A stretch of DNA of 64,000 nucleotides from Azolla caroliniana (GCA_043228905.1 JBHGNT010000008.1:13020001-13084000); one strand, 5' to 3'; numbered from the stretch's first letter, positions 33,484 through 46,929 are shown. Made by a program: numbers and translations. The notes: generated by a model from the sequence alone, not told the origin.

Positions 33484-35469
33484 TTCCTTACCGGTCCACA
33501 CTTTCTACGGCGTGTCTCCGTCCAAAGGTACTGAGGGTGATCTATTTATCACATACGTCGCCGTCGACATTGCCTCAGCCCAAAATCCCTTGGGTAATTT
33601 CGCATGTGCTAGCATACTCCGGACCCTCTCCATTATGGTCCGGTTCATCCTCTCGGCCAGCCCGTTCAGTTCCGGCGTCTTTGGCACAGTAAACTCGAGC
33701 CGGATTCCCTTCGAGCGACAGTACTCCGCGAACTGCCCCCGGTATTCCCCTCCGTTATCCGCTCGTATCGCTATCGGCTTCTTGCCGGATTCTCTTTCCA
33801 CTCTCGCGTGGAGTTCTTTGAAGACGGACAATACTTGGTCCTTTGTCTTCAACGGTGCCGTCCACAGATTCCGGCTGTGGTCATCTATGAATGTCACGAA
33901 GTACTGGGCTCCGCCATGTGACTTCGTTTCTACTTGACACACGTCAGTGTGCACCAGCTCCAATGGTGCGCTACGTCTCGTCGGTGGCCTTGAGTGGAAG
34001 GAGGTCCGGTTTTGCTTACCGGCCAGACAGTCGGTGCACTTCTCCAGGTGCACATGCTTCACTGGAATAAGGTTGTCTTCTGCAAGCCTCTTCATCCCCT
34101 TCTCACTCATGTGGCACAGTCTCTTGTGCCACAGCTCACCGGCAGCGTCGGCTGCCACATTCAACTCCTCCGGACATAGCCGGGAATTCATCAGGTACAG
34201 TGTGTTGACCTTCCGGGCCCGAGCCACTATCAGGCTCCCCTTGCTGAACTTCATGACACCGTTCCGGATGCTACCCGTGTAGCCTTCATCATCTAGCCTC
34301 CCGGCCGAGATCAGGTTCAATCGGACCTCCGGAACGTGTCGCACATCCTTCAGCAGCATCTTGCATCCGGTTGATGTCATCAGCCACACGTCTCCTATGC
34401 CGGCAATCCGTCATGTACCTTCATTTCCCATCCGGACACAGCCGTGCTCACCGGCTGTGTAGGATGAGAAGTATTTCTTCTCCGGGGTCAGGTGGAACGA
34501 CGCTCCGGAATCGACCACCCAGGTCATCTCTACACCGGCAAGGTTCAGCTCCCTCTCTTCGGTAATGAGCATGATTTCTTCCTCACTTGCCGCGAGTGCC
34601 GTCGTTCCTTTCCGGTCCTGCCCTCGCCGATCCGGACCTCTCCGGTCAGTGGCTCCCCGGTATGCACCGTTTCTCTCCGGTGACTTCTTCGAATCGGTGT
34701 CGTCGGCTCCGTTGTCCTTTCGGTAATGCCGACAATTCTTCCGGAAGTGCCCCGGCTTCCCACAGTGGAAGCATGTGGGTCTTCCTCTTGACTGTGACCG
34801 GGTCCCCGACTTCTCCCGTCTTTGCGGACTCCGGTTCCAGTGTCTTCCCCGTTCCGATTCGGTAAGCAGCATCTTCGGATCGGAGGCCGGTTCTTTATCT
34901 CTCCGACGCGCTTCTTCGTTCAAAATACTTGTCTTTACCGTTTGTAGGGACAAGTTGTCTTCGGTGCAGGAGGTGCTGAGAGTCACCACCAAGTTCTCCC
35001 AGCTTTCCGGCAATGTACACATCAGGATGATGGCTTGCATTGCATCCTCCAACGGGAACTTGATCGCCGCAAGCTGGTTCACGAATCCCATGAACGTGCT
35101 TACGTGTTCCACCATACTCTCGCCGTCCCGGTACTTGAGGTTCACTATCTTCCTCATCAGGGAGGTCCGGTTCAACGCATTCTTCCTCTCGTAGAGGCCC
35201 GACAGCTTCCGCCACATCTCATATGCGTTGGTGTCGTTCGCCACATGTTGTAGAACGCTCACGTCGACGTATTGCCGAATGGTTGCAACGGCTTTCCGGT
35301 TCAGAAGCCTCCATTCCGTCTCAAGTACCCCCTTCGGTATTTCCGACCTGTCAATCGGTTCGTACAGGTCCCGAACAATCAGAAGATCCTCCATCTTGAT
35401 CTTCCAGTCGGCGTAGTTCTGCGCATTCAGCACCATCATCCCCGGCTGCCCGCTGCTGCCGCCTTCCAT
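33484..35469 (-). pseudogene. Gag-PR-IN 5' part of A, with nonsense codons at ~34411 and ~33505
   Basis: Near-identical to the F polyprotein N-terminus. Confidence 0.9.
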
Positions 35470-35771
35470 TTTCTGCACTGCCGTCGCTCTGATACCACTT
35501 TGTTGAACACGGTGCTCGGCCACAACCGAGGAATAGGATCAACTCACAGAAAATAGGAAATACAAAGTACACGAAGACAATAGAGAGAAAAAGTACACAG
35601 GATGTTTTACGTGGAAAACCCTAAATGGGAAAAACCACGGAAGTCCTCAAACTCCAACTATCACTATGAACAGAGATGTACAATGGTGAAGCCACAAGGC
35701 AACAACCTTGAGCTCACTGTCTTCGCCACAGACGGCGGTAATACACAGAGGCAACGACCTCTTCGTCTTTC

Positions 35772-35805
<34 letters not shown>

Positions 35806-38800
35806 CTGCTCTCTTCACTCTCTCTAAGTGGAAAACAGAAAATGAGCAACAACACAAAACTGTTTGCCCTAAGTCATATTTATACACATATGACTTTCGG
35901 ACTATTTACAAATATAGCCTCAAGGGCCCTTGGCAAACATATTCACAAATATGTCCCCGCATCCGGATCTCTCTCCGGGTACATTCATCATCCGGCTCCG
36001 TAGCCGGGGTCTTCGTCATCCGGCTCCGTAGCCGGGGTCTTCATCATCCGGCTCCGTAGCCGGGTCTTCGTCATCCGGCTCCGTAACCGGGGTCTTCATC
36101 ATCCGGCTCCGTAACCGGGTACTCTTCATCATCCGGTTCCGTAACCGCAACCAGGCCTGCCGTCATTCATCTCCGGACATCCCATCCGGAGGGACCGAAA
36201 ATCCCAACATTTCTCTCTCTCTCTCTCTCTGTACACTGTTACGTGCTCTCTATTCTTCTTGCACCAACAAGAAAAATTGACAACAACAACTAGTTTGCCC
36301 TAAGTCATATTTATACTAATATGACTTTTCGGTTATTTACAAATATAGCCTCGCTAGACTATCAGAAAAACATAGTTACGAATATGTCTCTTCATCCGGT
36401 TCTCCGTAGCCGGGTACTCCTCATCCGGTCTTCACCGGGTCTGCATCATCCGGCTCTCCGTAGCCGGGTACTCCTCATCCGGTCTTCACCGGGTCTGCAT
36501 CATCCGGCTCTCCGTAGCCGATTACTCCTCATCCGGTCTTCACCGGGACTGCATCATTCGACTCTCCGTAGCTGGGTACTCCTCATCCGGTTCCGACCTC
36601 GGCCGAGCTCGTTCATCAGCACTGTTCTTCTCCATTCCCATCCGGAGGGACCTGTCTCCCAACAAACTCCCCCTTCACTCCGGCATGGGGTGACTTACCA
36701 GCCCGATCCTCTTCCGGTATGCGTTCAGCTTGTCGGGTGTCAGCACTTTGGTCAGCATATCTGATCCGTTCTCGGCCGTGTGAATCTTCGTCGGTGCAAA
36801 CTCCTGGTCATCTAATCTTTCCCGGATCTAGTGATACCTCCGTTGGATATGCTTCGTCCGGGAATGGTAGGCCGCATTCTTAGCAAGGTGGATGGCACTT
36901 TGACTGTCGCAATAGAGTCGGTATTCCTCTTGCCGGATACCGAGCTCTCCGATGAAGTCCTTCATCCATAATATTTCCATGCTAGCCTCCACCGCTGCCA
37001 TGTACTCCACCTCCGTGGTTGACAATGCAACCGTCTTCTGCAGCCTCGACTGCCACGAAACAGCTCCCCCTGCATATGTCATCACATACCCGGATGTAGA
37101 CCGGCTAGTATCCACATCAGCCGACATGTCCGAATCGGTGAAACCGTCCAGTTGAGATTTTCCGGAGCCGAATCGGAGACACGTATTTGAAGTGCCCTTC
37201 AAATACCGGAGTATCCATTTGACCGCGTTCTAGTGCTCCTTGTCGGGATTACTCATGAACCGGCTCACCACTCCGACTGCGTATCCTATATTTGGTCGGG
37301 TACAAACCATTGCATACATTAAGCTCCCGACAGCAGAGGCATATGGAATCTTCATCATATCTGCCTTCTCTGCTTTCGTCTTCGGGCTTTGCTTACCGGA
37401 TAGCTTGCAGTTTGCCGGAAGTGTCGATCCGACCAGTTTTGCTTCTGACATGTTGAACCGGTGAAGCACCTTTGTCACGTACTTCTCCTATGACAGCCAT
37501 AATTGCTTCGCTGACCGGTTCCGGATGATGTGCATCCCCAACATCTGTCTTGCCGAACCCAAGTCTTTCATTAAGAAGATCTGGTTGAGAGCCTTCTTCA
37601 GCATCTGTATTTTGACTTGGTCTCGTCCGACGATCAACATGTCATCCACGTACAGAAGGAGTATCAGGAAGTCGCCTCCTTCAAACTTCTTCAAAAACAC
37701 GCATTGATCGGCCTGCGTCTTATGGTACCCTTGATCGGTCATGAAGGAATCGAACTTCCGGTACCATTGTCGGGGAGCCTGCTTTAGTCTGTACAGGCTC
37801 TTCTTCAGCCAGCATACCAGGTGCTCCTTCCCATTCTCCACAAAACCTTCCGGTTGCTACATGTAGATCTCCTCTTCGAGGTCGCCGTGAAGGAATGTTG
37901 TCTTCACGTCCAGCTGCTCTACCTCAAGGTCTATGCTTGCCGCTATACTCAACACCGTCCGGATGGAGGTCATCTTTACTACCGGGGCAAATATCTCGTC
38001 GAAGTCCATGCCCTTCTTCTGCTGGAACCCCTTCACCACGATCTTGGCTTTGTATCTCGGGGGGTTGCCGGCATCTCCCGGTTTCAACTTGTACACCCAC
38101 TTGTTTCGAAGTGCCCGCTTTTCTTTCGGCAGCTCCACCAATTCGTACGAATGGTTCTCATGCAGGGAATCCATCTCATCCTGCATGGCACTTAACCATT
38201 TTCGGCTGTGGGTGTCATCCTCCACTTCTTCGAAGCTTTCCGGCCCCCCTCATCGGTCAGCAGAACATGATCTGCATCCGGAAATCTCCGGGGGGGCCTT
38301 CTCTCTCTGAGAGGATATCTCCGTCTTTGGGCTTCGGTAGCCGGCTCCTCCATTTGCTCTTCATCTGAATCTGATTCGGGGTCTAGGCCGGTTCCGGTCT
38401 CAGCTTCCTCTACTTCTCCTTCTGCCGGTTCGGTATCCTCACCGTATCCGGCTGGTTCTTCGAGTGCTAACCGGTCTCTCGCCGGTTGGGTCTGCTCATC
38501 GTAGAGTCGATCCTTACCGGTCGACTCGGAGTTCATTATCTTCTTCTCCAACTCCCAGTTAGCGAGCGTCTTGTCCTCCATGAAGATAATATCTCGACTC
38601 CGGAATACGTTCTTGTCGACCGGGTCCCACACTCGGTAGCCGAACTCATCGTCACCGTAACCGAGGAATATGCATGGCCGGGTCTTTGGATCTAACTTTC
38701 CTCTCCGGTCCTTTGCTACATGCACGTACGCGAGACACCCGAACACCTTCAGATGCCGGTAGGACACTTCCTTACCGGTCCATACCCTCTGTGGCGTGTC

Positions 38801-41800
38801 TCTGTCCAAGGGTACTGAGGGTGATCTGTTTATCACGTATGTCGCTGTCGACAATGCCTCAGCCCAAAACTTCTTGGGTAGTTTTGCATGCGCTAGCATA
38901 CTCCGGACCCTCTCCATTATGGTCCGGTTCATCCTCTCGGCCAGTCCGTTTAGTTCCGACATCTTCGGCACGGTAAATTCGAGCCGGTTTCCCTTCGAGC
39001 GGCAATACTCCTCGAATTGCCCCCGGTACTCTCCTCCGTTGTCTGCTCGTACCGCCTTCAGCTTCCAGTTGGTTTCTCTTTCCACTCTCATGTGGAGCTC
39101 TTTGAAGACGGATAACACCTGATCCTTCGTCTTCAACGGTGTGGCCCACAGCTTCCTGTTGTGGTCATCTATGAACGTCACGAAGTACTGCGCTCCGGCA
39201 TGTGACTTCGTGTCTACTTGACACACATCCGAATGCACCAACTCCAGTGGTGCATTACGTCTCATCGGTGGCCTTGGTAGGAAGGAGGTCCGGTTCTGCT
39301 TACCGGCCAGACAATCAGTGCACTTCTCTAAGTGCACGTTCTTCACTGGAATGAGGTTGTCATCTGCAAGCCTCTTCATCCCCTTCTCGTTCATATGACA
39401 CAGCCTCTTGTGCCACAGCTCACCGGCAGTGTCAGATGCCACGTTCAGTTCTTCCAGGCATAACCGAGCATTCATCAAGTACAGTGTGTTGACCTTCCGG
39501 GCCCGAGCCACAATCTCCCGGTTTCAACTTGTACACCCACTTATTTCGGAGTGCCCGCTTTTCTTTCGGCAACTCCACCAATTCGTACGTATGGTTCTCA
39601 TGCAGGGAATCCATCTCATCCTGCATGGCACTTAACCATTTGCGGTTGTGGGTGTCATCCTTCGCTTCTTCGAAGCTTTCTGGCTCTCCCTCATCAGTCA
39701 GCAGCACATGCTCTGCATCCGGAAATCTCCGGGGGGGCCTTCTGTCTCTGAGAGGATATCTCCATCTTTGGCCTTCGGCAACCGGCTCCACTATTTGATC
39801 TTCATCCGAATCCGATTTGGGGTCTTGGCCAGTTCCAATTTCAGCTTCCTCCACTTCTTCTTCAGCCAGTTCGGCATCCTCACCGTAACCGGCTGGTTCC
39901 TCGAGTGTCAACCGGCTCTTAGCCGGGTGTGTCCGAATCTCATCGGAGTCCATTATCTTCTCCTGCGACTCCCAGTCGGCAAGAGACTTGTCCTCCATGA
40001 AGATAATATCTCGGCTCCGGAAAGCCTTCTTGTCAACCGGATCCCACACTCGGTAGCCGAACTCATCATTGTTGTATCCGAGGAATATGCATGGCCGGGT
40101 CTTTGGATCCAACTTTCCTCTCCGGTCCTTAGCAACATGCACGTACGTGAGACACCCGAACACCTTCAGATGTCGATAGGAAACTTCCTTACCAGTCCAC
40201 ACCTTCTGCGGTGTGTCTCCATCCAAGGGGACTGAGGGTGACCTGTTTATCACAAACGTCGTTGTCGATAGCGCCTCAGCCCAAAACGTCTTGGGTAATT
40301 TTGCATGCGCCAGCATACTCCGAACCCTCTCCATTATGGTCCGGTTCATCCTCTCGGCCACCCCATTTAGTTCTGGCATCTTCGGCACGGTACATTCAAG
40401 CCGGATTCCCTTCGAGCGACAGTACTCCTCAAACTACCCCCGATATTCACCCCCGTTATCTGCTCGAACCACCTTTACCTTCCGGCCGATTTCTCTTTCC
40501 ACTCTCGCGTGGAGCTCTTTGAAGACGGATAGCACCTGATCCTTCGTCTTCAACGGTGTGGCCCACAGCTTCCAGTTGTGGTCATCTATGAACGTCACGA
40601 AGTACTACGCTCCGGCATGTGACTTCGTGTCCACTTGACACGCATCAGTATACACCAACTCCATTGGTGCATTACGTCTCATCGGTGGCCTTGGTCGGAA
40701 GGAGGTCCGGTTTTGCTTACCGGCCAGACAATCAGTGCACTTCTCCAAGTGCACGTTCTTCACTGGAATGAGGTTGTCATCTGCAAGCCTCTTCATCCCC
40801 TTCTCACTCATGTGACACAGCCTCTTGTGCCACAACTCACCGGCAGTGTCGGATGCCACGTTCACTTCCTCTGGGCATAACTGGGCATTCATCAGGTACA
40901 ATGTGTTGACCTTCCGGGCCCGAGCCACTATCAGGCTCCCTTTGCTGAATTTCATGACTCCGTTCCGGATGCTACCCGTGTGGCCTTTATCATCTAGCCG
41001 ACTGGCTGATATCAGGTTCCGTCGAACCTCCGGAACGTGTCAGACATCCTTCAGCAGCAGCTTGCATCTGGTTGGTGTTCTCAACCACACATCTCCTATG
41101 CCGACGATTCGGCATGTACCTTCATTCCCCATCCGGACACAACCGTGATCACCGGTTGTGTAGGATGAGAAGTATTGTCTATCCGGGGTCAGGTGGAACG
41201 ACGCTCCGGAATCAACCACCCAGGTCATCTCGTCGCCAGCAAGGTTCAGTTCACTCTCCTCGGTGATGAGCATCAACTCTTCTTCACTTGCCGCGATTGC
41301 CATCATTCCCTGCGTGTTTGGCCCCCTCCAGTTTTTACGGTTCCAGTCCGGTGTCCGCTTCGAATCGGTACCATCGTTTTCCTTGTCTTTTCGGAAGTGC
41401 CGACAGTTCTTCTGGAAGTGTCCCGGCTTGCCGCAATAGAAGCAAGTAGGCCTCCCCCTTGACTTTGACCGTGTCCCCGATTTTTCTCGGTTCTGGGGAC
41501 TACGGTTCCTTTGCCTTCCGCGTTCCGATTCGGTAAGGAGCGCTTTGGAGTCAGAGCTCGTATCCTTATCTTTTCGACGCGCCTCCTGATCTAGCAAGCT
41601 CGACTTCACTCTTGCTAGGGATAACCGTTTCCCTTCCGGCCCGGTGTTGCCCAAAGTGACAACCAACGTCTCCCACCTATCTGGGAGGGAACCGAGCAGG
41701 AGTAGTGCTAGTACCTCATCGGCGAGAGGTACTTCCAATGATGTTGCCTGGTGGATCAGCCCCTGGAAGGCATTCATGTGATCCGCCATGCTGGAGCCAT

Positions 41801-42899
41801 CTTGGTACCGGAGTCTTACTAGCTTCCGAAATACCGAAACCTGATTAACAACATTTTTGTTCTGAAACATAATGTCGATCTTCTCCTAGAGCTCATCGGC
41901 CTTACTCTCTTCATTGAAGTTGTTGTATAGACTCATGTCGATGAAGCACCGTATGTACGTCGTTGTCTTCATGTGCATCACCTCCCATATCATGGCATCG
42001 ATTTTGTCTAGTCTCTTGTCCGCGAACTGAACCGGCAACCAAAGATCTTTAACCACGAGCATGTCCCTCATCTTCGACTTCCACACTGAATAGTTGGAGC
42101 CGGTGAGCTTGAACATGCCTCCCAACGAATCGTCCATTTTTTTGTGTCGTTTTGCTCTGATACCACTTTGACAGGAATACACGCTCCCAATAAACAACGC
42201 TCGGCCACAACCGAGTCTAGGATCAAACACAGAAAAACGGGCAATGTACGCACGACACAGTGAAGAGAAGAGTACACAAGATGTTAACGTAGAAAACCGG
42301 GCAATGTACGCACGACACAACGAAGAGAAGAGTACACAGGATGTTAATGTGGAAAACCCAAACTAGGGAAAAACCACGGCAACCCACAGACTGCAAATTA
42401 TCACTATATCACAATGTACAATAGTAAAGCACCGAGGCAACAACCTCGAGCTTGCTATCTTCACCACAGGCGGCGGTTACAATAGAGGCAACGACCTCTT
42501 CCTCTCTCTCTCTCTCTCTCTCTTTGTACACAGTTACACACTCAAATCTTGCACCAACAAGAATAACAACAACTACTAAGTTTGGCCCAAGTCATATTTA
42601 TACTAATATGACTTTTCGGCCATTTACAAATATAGTCCCAACGGACTCTCAGAAACATATTTACGAATATGTCCCTTCATCCGGTGAGCACTTCTCACCG
42701 GGCCTGCATCATCCGGCTCTTGCCGGGCACTCGTCATCCGGTTCTCACTGGGCCTTCACCATCCGGCTCTTGCCGGGTACTCCACATCCGGTTTTCACCG
42801 GGTCTTCCGTTGTCGGGTACTCCACATCCGGTTCTCACCGGGTCTTCTGTTGCCAGGTACTCCTATCCCATCCGGAGGGATCTGTTTCCGAACAAAATA

Positions 42900-43579
42900 A
42901 GGATCCCAGAGTATATAAGCAGGGCCAAAATCTATTACTTTGTGTTTATAAGTGGATTATAGAATGTTCAAGGTGACTTGACCTAAACTAATCGGATGAA
43001 TGGGCGACAGCGATCGGACGAATCTAGCGAGATGGCAAGACCATGACCCCTAAACTACCTATAATGGTTTTGGCCAACCAAAACCAAATGGATCCGGTGA
43101 GACGGCGACCGGACAGATCTGGCGAGACGGCGACCGGATGGAGCCGGCGAGCCAAGTCATTTCCTTAGAAGCTATATTTTTATCATTATACTTTTACATG
43201 TAAATTCTCATACATGAGAGCTTAGATGATGACATGGCAAGCATGCATTGCATGCATTACGTGCATGTCTTGCGCCCTCACATGCACCATATGCATGGGG
43301 GCATCTATAAAAGAGTGGAGGAATCAAGCAAATGAAGGCTAATGAAAAATTTGGGAAAAATAAGAAACTTGTAATCCTATTGTTGATGCATCTTCTCTCT
43401 TTAATCTAAAAGTTAAAAGTTCAATCTTGATCTCGATATCTCTCTTTCATCATATCAATCTCTCTCAATCTCTCTTAAATACTTTCTCGCCAAAGTTAGT
43501 GCAAACTTCGAATCCTTCCGGTCCAAGACCCCGGTGGTTCCGCCTCACGATCCGCATGTAGTGACGGATCTTCACGACA
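42900..43579 (+). mobile_element. LTR-like remnant D (left piece 15927-15986), host of C
   Basis: Ends CACGACA like the other Gypsy LTRs here. TATA-like CTATAAAAG at ~43305. Abuts LINE coding sequence. Confidence 0.6.
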
Positions 43580-45960
43580 GTGCGATGGATTCGAGTAGGG
43601 GACAAAACCACGAAGGAATTCTTCCGCTCCAAAGGCCCGAGGCACGCTAGAACAATGATGCGCAGTCTCAACCGAGAGGATGGCGACGAAATGAGGAATA
43701 TTGCCACAAGTTACTATAAACGCCTACTTACTGAAGATATTGTGGGCACAAGGGAAGACATAAGGGAAGATATTATCCTCCAAAGCATACCCGAGAAAGT
43801 CACGACGGAAACGAATACATGGCTCGTGCGTCCCCTATCAATCATCGAGATATGGGAGGCCCTCTCTAATTTGGATGTAGATAGTTGCCCCGGAATTGAC
43901 GGCCTCAACCCTCACTTTTCACATGCCTTTGGGACACTATTAAAGAAGAACTCCTCCAGGCATATGAGGAGATCATCACCTCTAGAAACATGGCGGAGGA
44001 ATTTGGACAGGGGATGATATATCTCATTCTTAAAAGTGGTGGGAGTGCCAACGACATTAGCAAGTGGCACGCCGTTTAACACCACTTCTCCCTCAACTCA
44101 TTCATCCATCCCAGACAAGTTTCGTTAGAAATCAGAGCATCCTAGACAACATCTTCCCATTCTGGGAAGCAGTAGCCCTTACCAAGCGTACCAACAACAA
44201 GGTGGCGGTGGTGCTAATAGATTTTGAGAAAGCATATGACAGGGTATGTTGGAACTTTCTAGAAAGTGTGATGGGGAAACTCAACTTTCAAGAGACATGG
44301 ATCAAAGGCATTGCAAGACTTTATAGGAACGGCAGCAGTTGCGTTACACTGGCAAGTGAAAGGGGCCCCTTTTTCCGAATATCCTGATCTGTACGACAGG
44401 GATGCCCACTAGCTCCATCCTTATTTCTATTATACGTTGAAGCACTCTCTTACTTTCTCAACTCGTGGCATCTCAACCTACGTGGTCTTCCTGTACCTCA
44501 TTCTCACCAAAGTATCCTAGATATAGAATTTGTAGATGAAACAGCGGTCTACCTGAAGGGGACTTGGAAAACCTCCAAAAGCTAGAAAGTGGATTAGTCA
44601 TATTTTACAAGAGATCCAATTCCATGATCAATTGGCACAAATCCTGTGCAATATGGCTTTCTCATGAACACATCCTACGTGGCACCCACATCCCTCTTTC
44701 AAATGGATCAATCAAGGAGCGAGCACCAAATATTTGGGTTTCCAAATTGGTTTCAACATACCGCCAAAGACAATGATTGCACCCATTATCCATTCCATTC
44801 AACAAAACTTGATACATTGGAGTTCGAAAAAACTATCTCTAGTGGGTTGCATCATAGTGGCAAACCAGGTACTATTCGTAACAGCATGGTACAGTCTATC
44901 ATGTTGGACAATCTCCAAGGAAAGTATACATCATATTCAACGACTGGTATGCAACTACATTTGGTCTGGTAAGGAAGATCATGTAACTCGCGCCAAGGTG
45001 GCGTGGCCTATACTCACAGCACCTAAGTCAAGAGGGGGATTGGGTCTTATTGATCCCCTTTCACAATCAAAAGCCTTACTTGCCAAATTTGTGGTGCGAG
45101 GACTCCAACCAGGAAATGATTGTTGGAAAATGCTATTGCCGTTACGTTTCGCTTACTTTAGGCCACGAAAAGGGGTCAATTAGGCCCCCCAAACGGGATG
45201 GATTCTAAACATGGATCTCAAACCTAGTTTCTCCCGCCAATTGGAGGATAGATTCAGTGCATCCATGTGGAAGGCATGGTGTGACATTAGACGAGGGCTC
45301 AAGTGTGATCAACCGAGTTCCGAACCTGCCTGGCTCAGTCAACGTATCCTATGGAACCCATGTATCAAGGATGAATCTAATCAACTATTGGGATCACGTT
45401 GTCGTGCCTTTCGGCTCCGGATCGTTTGCGTGAGTCGGGTGGGAACCACCGGGGTTTTGGACTAGGAGAAAAGAAAAATACAAATAAGGCTAGTAAAGAA
45501 TAGGTATAAAGAGTTATAAGATAAGAATCTCGTGAATTCCACGAGTTTAGTATATTTAGTCAATATTTAGGTAGTAAGAGAGAATTATTTTAGCAAATTC
45601 GTGAATCCCACGAATATTTTAGATTGATTGATCACTATAGAAAAATAATCAACAAAAACTACAATGTGCTCCCCATCCTTATATAGTGATGGGAGAGACT
45701 AAGCATAGCTACATGCTTTTTCTCATATGTTCATGCACACTAAATGTGCATGTGATGCTTTTCTAATCCTTGCTTTTATTTGCTAAATATAGTGCTCATG
45801 CACGCTAGATGTGCATGAGTCACTTTTTAGTTGCTTGCGTTTTTTTTTTCTATAAAATATTCACGCACTCTAAAAATGCATGATTTACCTTTTAATAAAG
45901 GTAGGCGCAAATAAAGGACTTATAATTATTAAATCTATTTATAGAACACTAAAGATAAGG

Positions 45961-46014
45961 TAGCATAATGGTAAAGTTGAGGTTTGGCTACGTGGAGGTA
46001 CAAGGTTCAAATCT
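45961..46014 (+). promoter_or_regulatory. tRNA-like A/B-box cassette in the solo LTR
   Basis: TAGCATAATGG at 45961 and GGTTCAAATCT at 46004; spacing 43. Flanked by ATAAGG/CCTTAT, an acceptor-like stem. Confidence 0.6.
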
Positions 46015-46026
46015 TGCCTTATGCAC

Positions 46027-46170
46027 GTGATAAATATCTTGATATTCTTATTTTATTTATTGGTGATAAATATCTTGATATTCTTATTTTATTTATTGGT
46101 GATAAATATCTTGATATTCTTATTTTATTTATTGGTGATAAATATCTTGATATTCTTATTTTATTTATTT
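46027..46170. repeat. 4 x 36-bp tandem repeat (GTGATAAATATCTTGATATTCTTATTTTATTTATTG)
   Basis: Head-to-tail copies with no spacers. Confidence 0.95.
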
Positions 46171-46929
46171 ATATGTAATTAAATCGGTTATATTATTTTT
46201 ACTTTTTCACGTAGTGTACGAAATACACTACGACAACGTAAGGGGTTGTCATGGGGATACATTGCAGAAGGTTCAGGAAAAAGTATAGAATGTTGGAGAC
46301 GGTTTATGTCACTGCCATTACAAGATCAAGCCAACATACTCCATGGAATTAGGGGCGGATGGACTATGAGATCGGAAATCATTAACAGTCTACTGATTAG
46401 GGAAGCTTCTACTCAAAGGACGACAATGGAGAAATGGATAGGCTACGAGGAGGAGGGATCTATGATCCCAAGAGGTAGGGGAACACCAGACAGGATCGAA
46501 GGCTCTGAATTGCGAGACACTAAGACACCAACACAGAATAACACAATTCGAGTACTCGCGTATACTGGTCATAAATGGATTGTAGATCCTGATCCGATCA
46601 AAGTACAACCCGATCGGCACATATGTACTCATGAAAACACATGGCTACATAAGGTCAGTTGGGACCCTTTGCAATGGACATGGCGTGATCTTTACGCGGG
46701 GCAAGGAAGTAAACCCATCCCTTTCTTCCAATTCACAACTAGATTGGGTCGCCAGATTCTAGCTACTCAAACCACTCGAGAGCCGACTGCTACAAAGGTC
46801 TGGCACACATTTCAAGTTTCTCACACAATTATCACCAAGTTTGGGCAGAAAATCTAGAAACAACACACGAGGTGAATTACTATGTTCCAATGGCTATTAA
46901 TACATATGTCACTACCAGTTGTCATGGCA

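Larger units (their letters stand above)
17864..36209 (-). mobile_element. Tork-like Copia A: LTRs 17864-18542 and 35501-36209; interrupted by F
   Basis: Near-identical TGTTG..CAACA LTRs. iMet PBS at 35486-35497 and PPT after 18542. No clean TSD. Confidence 0.92.
17579..39512 (-). mobile_element. Tork-like Copia B: 3' LTR 17579-17863 plus 36210-36664, internal 36665-39512; 5' half deleted
   Basis: The two LTR halves join into a J-like LTR, with a PPT after 36664. RH-RT-IN fragments follow, then an abrupt IN-to-RT junction at ~39512. Confidence 0.8.
15987..42894 (-). mobile_element. Tork-like Copia C: LTRs 15987-16757 and 42169-42894; own internal parts 16758-17578 and ~39513-42168
   Basis: TSD AAATA on both sides. 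TGACA..AACA LTR pair. iMet PBS at 42154-42165 and gag ATG at 42137. Several stops. Confidence 0.9.
45400..46235 (-). mobile_element. Solo Gypsy LTR, related to the LTRs of element M
   Basis: TGTCG..CGACA termini and 4-bp TSD ACGT on both sides. Its ends match the reverse complement of 53009-53659. Confidence 0.92.

Noticed and set aside
17574-36214. TTTCT at 17574-17578 and 36210-36214 as the TSD of one composite element
   Set aside because: Sequence after 36209 continues the B LTR (CT tract), not the RT of C. The match is a low-complexity coincidence.
46027-46170. 36-bp repeats as a CRISPR array
   Set aside because: There are no spacers and no cas genes. It is a simple minisatellite in a eukaryotic LTR.
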